From: Micrococcus sp.
GTDB taxonomy: Bacteria; Actinomycetota; Actinomycetes; Actinomycetales; Micrococcaceae
Assembly (NCBI GenBank): GCA_029961105.1
Contig: JASBVO010000012.1
Location: forward strand, 90,501-154,500
Direction: 5' to 3'
Length of the DNA: 64,000 bases
A model generated the notes under the pieces. It saw only the letters and a program-made list of their open reading frames with translations. It ran no database searches and was not told where the DNA came from. Within the stretch, counting starts at the first letter, position 1, and each line of letters starts with the position of its first letter. Below, one piece after another: positions 59,216 through 64,000 of the stretch. Position numbers and translations under genes: made by a program.

Positions 59216-61879
59216 ATGGCCCGAACCCCCAAGAAGACTTCCGCACCGGCCTCCGAGGCCATCCCCCTGGAGCAGGAGAACATCGTGGACATCGATGTCT
59301 CAGCGGAGATGGAGACCTCGTTCCTGGAGTACGCGTACTCGGTGATCTACTCCCGGGCGCTGCCGGATGCCCGGGACGGGCTGAAGCCGGTGCAGCGCCG
59401 CATCCTGTACATGATGAGCCAGATGGGCCTGCGCCCGGACCGCGGGCACGTGAAGTCCGCCCGCGTGGTGGGCGAGGTGATGGGCAAGCTGCACCCGCAC
59501 GGTGACGCCGCGATCTACGACGCCATGGTGCGCCTGGCCCAGCCGTTCTCGCTGCGCCTGCCGCTGGTGGACGGGCACGGCAACTTCGGCTCGCTCGACG
59601 ACGGCCCCGCCGCCCCGCGCTACACCGAGGCCCGGATGGCCCCGGCGGCCCTGGCGATGACGGCCTCGCTCGACGAGGACGTCGTGGACTTCGTCCCGAA
59701 CTACGACAACCAGTTCCTCCAGCCGGCGGTGCTGCCCGCGGCCTTCCCCAACCTGCTGGTCAACGGCGCGTCCGGGATCGCGGTCGGCATGGCCACCAAC
59801 ATGGCCCCGCACAACCTGCGGGAGGTGGTGTCCGCCGCCCGGCACCTGATCGCCCACCCGGAGGCCACTCTCGAGGAGCTGATGCGGCACGTGCCCGGCC
59901 CCGACCTGCCCTCGGGCGGCCGGATCGTCGGGCTCGACGGTGTCCGTGACGCCTACGCGAACGGCCGGGGGACGTTCAGGATGCGGGCGAAGGTCGCCGT
60001 GGAGCAGGTCTCCCCGCGCAAGACCGGACTGGTCGTCACCGAGCTGCCGTACGGCGTCGGTCCGGAGAAGGTGATCGAGAAGATCAAGGACGCGGTCAAC
60101 GCCAAGAAGCTCACCGGCGTCTCGGACGTCCTCGACCTCACCGACCGCCGCAACGGCCTGAAGCTGGTCATCGAGCTGAAGTCCGGGTTCAATCCCCAGG
60201 GTGTGCTCGCCCAGCTGTACAAGGCCACGCCGATGGAGGAGTCCTTCGGCATCAACAACGTGGCGCTCGTGGACGGCCAGCCCCGCACGCTGGGGCTGCG
60301 CGAGCTGCTGCAGGTGTACGTGGACCACCGGCTGGACGTGGTCCGCCGGCGCACCGCCCACCGGTTGGCGAAGCGCAAGGACCGCCTGCACCTGGTCGAG
60401 GGCCTGCTGCTGGCCCTCGTGGACATCGACGAGGTCATCCAGATCATCCGCACCTCGGATGACACCGCGGCGGCCCGCAGCCGGCTGATGGGTGTCTTCG
60501 ATCTCACCGAGGTCCAGGCCAACCACATCCTGGAGCTGCGCCTGCGCCAGCTGACCAGGTTCTCGCGGATCGAGCTGGAGGCGGAACAGGACGAGCTGCG
60601 CAAGGCGATCGAGGAGCTCGAGGCGATCCTCGGCTCGGACGAGCGGCTGCGGACGCTGGTCTCCGCCGAACTGCAGGACGTGGCGGACGAGTACGGTGAC
60701 GACCGCCGGACCGTCCTGCTGGAGTCCGAGAACATCGCCGCCCCGGCCCCGGCCGCCGGCGCCATCCGCGCGGGCGCGGCCCGGTCCGCGCTGCCGGGCA
60801 CCCCCGGCCCCGACCCGCTGATGGTCGCCGACACCCCCTGCCTCGTGGTGCTCACCACCGCCGGCCAGCTGGCCCGGACGGTGGACGACACCCCGCTGGT
60901 GCCGGGGGGCCGCCGGCAGCGCCACGATGCCTACCGCTCGGTGGTCCCGACGTCCGCCCGGGGCGAGATCGGCGCCCTCACCTCCAGCGGCCGCATCCAG
61001 CGCGTGCAGGTGGTGGACATCCCCGCGCTGCCGGACGCCTCCCCCACCCCGAACCTGACCGCGGGCGTGAAGGTCAAGGACTTCCTCACCCTGCAGCGCG
61101 GGGAGTCGCTCGTGGCCCTGGTGCCCCTGGACGCCGTGCTGGCCCTGGGCACCCGGCAGGGCGTCGTCAAGCGGGTCAACCCCGAGTGGCCGCTGAACCG
61201 GGACGACTTCGAGGCGATCACGCTCAAGGACGGCGACGAGGTGGTCGGGGCCGGCCCGGCGCCCGCCGACGACGACCAGCTCGTCTTCGTCACCCGCAAG
61301 GCCCAGCTGCTGCGCTACGCCGCCTCCCTGGTGCGCCCGCAGGGCCGCACCGCCGGCGGCATGGCCGGGATCAAGCTCGCCGCGGACGACGCCGTGATCG
61401 AGTTCTCCGCCGTCCCGGCCGCCGCGGCGGCCGAGGATGCGCCGGAGCCCGGGAGGGCCGTCGTCGTGACCGTCACGACGGGCGGGCAGACGCTGCCGGG
61501 CACCGGCGCCGGATCGGTCAAGCGCACCCCGCTGGCCGAGTACCCGGCCAAGGGCCGGGCCACTGGCGGCGTGCGGGCGCACCGCCTGCTCAAGGGCGAG
61601 ACGGAGCTGGCCCTGGCGTGGGCCGGGGCCGGTCCCGCCCTGGCCGCCTCCGCCACGGGCGTGGCGCGGGCCCTGCCCGCCGAGGACGGGACGCGCGACG
61701 GTTCCGGGCTGGCGATGGACCAGCTGATCGAGGCGGTCGGCGCCGGGGCCTCCCCGGAAACGGCCCGGGCGACGGCCGGGACGGAGCCCCGGGGGACGGA
61801 GGCGGGCCGGCCGGCCGTCCAGCCCCGCGAGGACGCCCTGCCCTTCGCCGACGACTCCGGGGTCACCACCGGGGACTGA
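59216..61879 (+). CDS. parC: type IIA topoisomerase subunit A (topoisomerase IV ParC-like)
   Basis: 887 aa: [35 protein letters not shown], an active-site Tyr region ([10 protein letters not shown]) and a beta-pinwheel C-terminal domain without an obvious GyrA box. A Gly/Ala-rich tail follows. No gyrB is adjacent. Confidence 0.88.
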   Translation: MARTPKKTSAPASEAIPLEQENIVDIDVSAEMETSFLEYAYSVIYSRALPDARDGLKPVQRRILYMMSQMGLRPDRGHVKSARVVGEVMGKLHPHGDAAIYDAMVRLAQPFSLRLPLVDGHGNFGSLDDGPAAPRYTEARMAPAALAMTASLDEDVVDFVPNYDNQFLQPAVLPAAFPNLLVNGASGIAVGMATNMAPHNLREVVSAARHLIAHPEATLEELMRHVPGPDLPSGGRIVGLDGVRDAYANGRGTFRMRAKVAVEQVSPRKTGLVVTELPYGVGPEKVIEKIKDAVNAKKLTGVSDVLDLTDRRNGLKLVIELKSGFNPQGVLAQLYKATPMEESFGINNVALVDGQPRTLGLRELLQVYVDHRLDVVRRRTAHRLAKRKDRLHLVEGLLLALVDIDEVIQIIRTSDDTAAARSRLMGVFDLTEVQANHILELRLRQLTRFSRIELEAEQDELRKAIEELEAILGSDERLRTLVSAELQDVADEYGDDRRTVLLESENIAAPAPAAGAIRAGAARSALPGTPGPDPLMVADTPCLVVLTTAGQLARTVDDTPLVPGGRRQRHDAYRSVVPTSARGEIGALTSSGRIQRVQVVDIPALPDASPTPNLTAGVKVKDFLTLQRGESLVALVPLDAVLALGTRQGVVKRVNPEWPLNRDDFEAITLKDGDEVVGAGPAPADDDQLVFVTRKAQLLRYAASLVRPQGRTAGGMAGIKLAADDAVIEFSAVPAAAAAEDAPEPGRAVVVTVTTGGQTLPGTGAGSVKRTPLAEYPAKGRATGGVRAHRLLKGETELALAWAGAGPALAASATGVARALPAEDGTRDGSGLAMDQLIEAVGAGASPETARATAGTEPRGTEAGRPAVQPREDALPFADDSGVTTGD

Positions 61880-62684
61880 CGGCCTCCGCTTCGGCGGGGG
61901 CCGGCCGGTAGGCCAGGTACAGCGGCAGGGCCATCAGCAGCAGTCCGCCGAGCAGGTTGCCCAGCAGCACGGGGAGCTGGTTCCAGAGCCACCAGTCCCC
62001 CAGGCCGATGGGGGCCCCGAGCATCATCCCCGCCGGGATGACGAACAGGTTGACCACGGCGTGCTCGAGGCCCAGTGCGTAGAACGCGGCGATCGGCATC
62101 CAGATGGCCAGGATCTTGCCGGCGGTGTGCGTGCTGGTCATCCCCATGATCACGCCCAGCACCACGAGCCAGTTGCAGAACACACCGGACAGGAAGGCGA
62201 GCGTGATCCCGCCGGCCGCGCCCAGTTCCTGGAAGGCCAGGGTCTTGGACACGGCGGCGTCGATGATGCCCTGGGCCAGCGGGTCGGACAGGTCGGTCCA
62301 CAGCCGGGAGGACAGCGAGGCCGCGAAGAACGCGGAGAGCAGTCCGCCCAGCACGTGCCCGACGAGCACCCACCAGAAGTTCCGCAGCATCCGCCCCGCG
62401 GTCGTCTGCCGGTGGATGACGGCCAGCGGGATCAGGCCGAAGTTTCCGGTGAGCAGTTCCACGCCCAGCAGCACGACGACGGTCAGGCCCAGCGGGAACA
62501 GCAGGGCCCCGACCACGCCCACCCCCGTCTGCGCGGTGGCCAGGATCGCCAGGGCGGTGGCCCCGCCGAGCAGGAAAGTGGAGAACGTCGAGCGCAGGAC
62601 CAGCTGGCCGGTACTGAGGCCGGCCTTCGTGGTGCCGGCGGTGACCATCGACCGCACGACATCGGGCGGGGAGACGTAGGACAT
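61863..62684 (-). CDS. formate/nitrite transporter (FNT) family channel
   Basis: 273 aa, about 6 TM helices, with FNT signatures ([36 protein letters not shown]). The 3' end overlaps parC by 17 bp. Confidence 0.9.
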   Translation of the reverse strand: MSYVSPPDVVRSMVTAGTTKAGLSTGQLVLRSTFSTFLLGGATALAILATAQTGVGVVGALLFPLGLTVVVLLGVELLTGNFGLIPLAVIHRQTTAGRMLRNFWWVLVGHVLGGLLSAFFAASLSSRLWTDLSDPLAQGIIDAAVSKTLAFQELGAAGGITLAFLSGVFCNWLVVLGVIMGMTSTHTAGKILAIWMPIAAFYALGLEHAVVNLFVIPAGMMLGAPIGLGDWWLWNQLPVLLGNLLGGLLLMALPLYLAYRPAPAEAEAVSPRW

Positions 62685-62733
62685 GGAGCCACCCTAGGCA
62701 CAGCGGCGCCGGACGGGCTATCCGGGCGAGGTC

Positions 62734-64000
62734 TCAGCCGCGCGGCTCGCCGGCCCCCAGGCGGAGGCTGATCGTGCCCGCCTCGGCGAAGCGGGCGTCG
62801 TGGGTGACCATCACGGCGATCCTCTCCCGCAGGGCGTGCCGCAGGTCCGCCACCAGCTCGGCCGCCTCGTCGGCGCCGAGGTGCGCTGTCGGTTCGTCCA
62901 GGAGCACGACGTCGGCGCGGGCCAGCAACGCGCGGGCCACGGCGACCCGCTGGCGCTGGCCCCCGGAGAGGTAGTGCCCGGACGGACCCAGCCGGGTCTG
63001 CAGTCCGGCCGGAGCGGAGCGCAGCCACTCCCCCAGGCCGACGAGCTCCAGGACCTGCTCGAGCTCGGCGTCCTCAGGCCGGTCCGAGGGGTCCCGGGCC
63101 AGGGCGAGGTTGGCCGCCAGGGTCGAGTCGAAGAGGTAGGCCTCCTGCGGGCACCAGGCCACGGACCCCAGGACCTGCTGCGGTCCCCGCCGCGGACCGG
63201 CCACGTCCAGCACGTAACGGCCCCGCCGGGGCGGGAGGAAGCCGAGCAGCACGGCCAGCAGGGTCGACTTCCCGGACCCGGACGGGCCGGTGACCACCGC
63301 GAAGTCGCCGCGCCGGGCGCGCAGGTCCAGTCCGGAGAACACGTCGGCGCCGCTGCCGGGGTACCGCACGCTGAGCCCGGCCAGCTGCAGGCCCTCGACG
63401 CCCTCGCGGGTGCCTGCGGGCGTCGAGCGGACCTCGACACCGGACCCGGGCCGCGTTCCGGTGGTGTCCTCGAGCAGCGGCGCGGTCTTGGCCAGCTGGC
63501 GGCGCAGGATGGCCATCTCCTGGCAGGCCGTGCTGTACAGGCCGAGCGGCTCGGCCAGGGCCAGCATCAGGAACACCACCATGGCCGTGACGGGCGCGGT
63601 CACCCCGTGCGTGAAGCACAGGACCAGGGCCTGGACCGCAGCCCAGCCCGAGAGCAGCACGACGAGTCCCTGACCGAGGCCGGCGGCCGCCGCATTGCGC
63701 TTCAAGGGGCGGTCGGCGGCCCGGTCCGCTTCGGCGAATAGGTCCGCGGCCAGGGCCGATGCCCCGTTGCCGGCCAGGTCGGCTGCTGCGGTGAACAGGG
63801 CGGAGGTACGGCGCAGCAGCCCGGTCCGGTGGTCGGCCAGGGCTCGCGTGGTGTGCCGGTCCGTCAGCCCCACCACGAGAGGCACCAGGACGAAGCCCGC
63901 CAGCCCGGCGACGGCGGCCGGCCACCAGGCGGCGGGGGCCATGAGCACGACGATGACGAGGGTGGCCAGCCAGCTGAGGACGGCCGCCGGGACCGGCACG
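62734..64000 (-). CDS. ABC exporter, fused permease/ATPase, CydC/CydD-like (5' end beyond the window)
   Basis: C-terminal NBD with Walker A GPSGSGKST, signature LSGGQRQRVAVARAL and Walker B VVLLDEPT. TM helices lie upstream and the frame is open to the window edge. The CydC/CydD assignment is only by resemblance. Confidence 0.8.
   Translation of the reverse strand, partial: VPVPAAVLSWLATLVIVVLMAPAAWWPAAVAGLAGFVLVPLVVGLTDRHTTRALADHRTGLLRRTSALFTAAADLAGNGASALAADLFAEADRAADRPLKRNAAAAGLGQGLVVLLSGWAAVQALVLCFTHGVTAPVTAMVVFLMLALAEPLGLYSTACQEMAILRRQLAKTAPLLEDTTGTRPGSGVEVRSTPAGTREGVEGLQLAGLSVRYPGSGADVFSGLDLRARRGDFAVVTGPSGSGKSTLLAVLLGFLPPRRGRYVLDVAGPRRGPQQVLGSVAWCPQEAYLFDSTLAANLALARDPSDRPEDAELEQVLELVGLGEWLRSAPAGLQTRLGPSGHYLSGGQRQRVAVARALLARADVVLLDEPTAHLGADEAAELVADLRHALRERIAVMVTHDARFAEAGTISLRLGAGEPRG

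Overview
Very GC-rich (by eye above 70%) actinobacterial chromosomal core segment with about 60 tightly packed genes and little non-coding DNA. Gene order follows the conserved actinobacterial housekeeping neighbourhood, as I recall it from the Mycobacterium tuberculosis Rv254x-Rv270x region and from Streptomyces. In order: aroC-aroE-mltG-ruvX-alaS, rpsD, rarA, dtd, aspS, an APC permease, hisS, a DUF349 protein, relA, secF-secD-yajC, ruvB-ruvA-ruvC and yebC. These are followed by dcp, an alpha/beta hydrolase, msrB, a threonine-aldolase-family gene, DUF3000, an RNase D-like gene, a FadB-like enzyme and a Rieske protein. Next come an aldo/keto reductase, dxs, acn, a TrmA-family methyltransferase, an APC-fold membrane protein divergent from two trkA genes, and DUF3159/OB-fold/DUF3710/dut. 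The window ends with DUF3093, DUF4193, sepH, a phosphodiesterase/DUF5998/Pat-type acetyltransferase operon, parC, a formate/nitrite channel and a partial CydC-like ABC exporter. I saw no rRNA, tRNA, CRISPR array, transposase, integrase or phage genes, and no island-like compositional break. The many very long ORFs antisense to real genes are the usual high-GC artefact. I do not see a convincing self-contained novel system such as a defence island. The best leads are: (1) two genes (RNase D-like, Rieske lipoprotein) whose conserved N-terminal coding sequence lies upstream of any canonical start codon; (2) a TrkA pair with no TrkH/KtrB pore next to an APC-fold protein; (3) a WGR-like small protein translationally coupled to dxs; (4) an orphan AbiEi-like gene beside relA; (5) conserved operons of unknown function (dut-DUF3710-OB-DUF3159; Pat-DUF5998-phosphodiesterase); (6) several candidate operators and leaders (acn, yajC, ruvA, fadB-like, rpsD, sepH). 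All family names come from recognising motifs in the translations by eye. No BLAST, HMM or RNA-folding run was possible.
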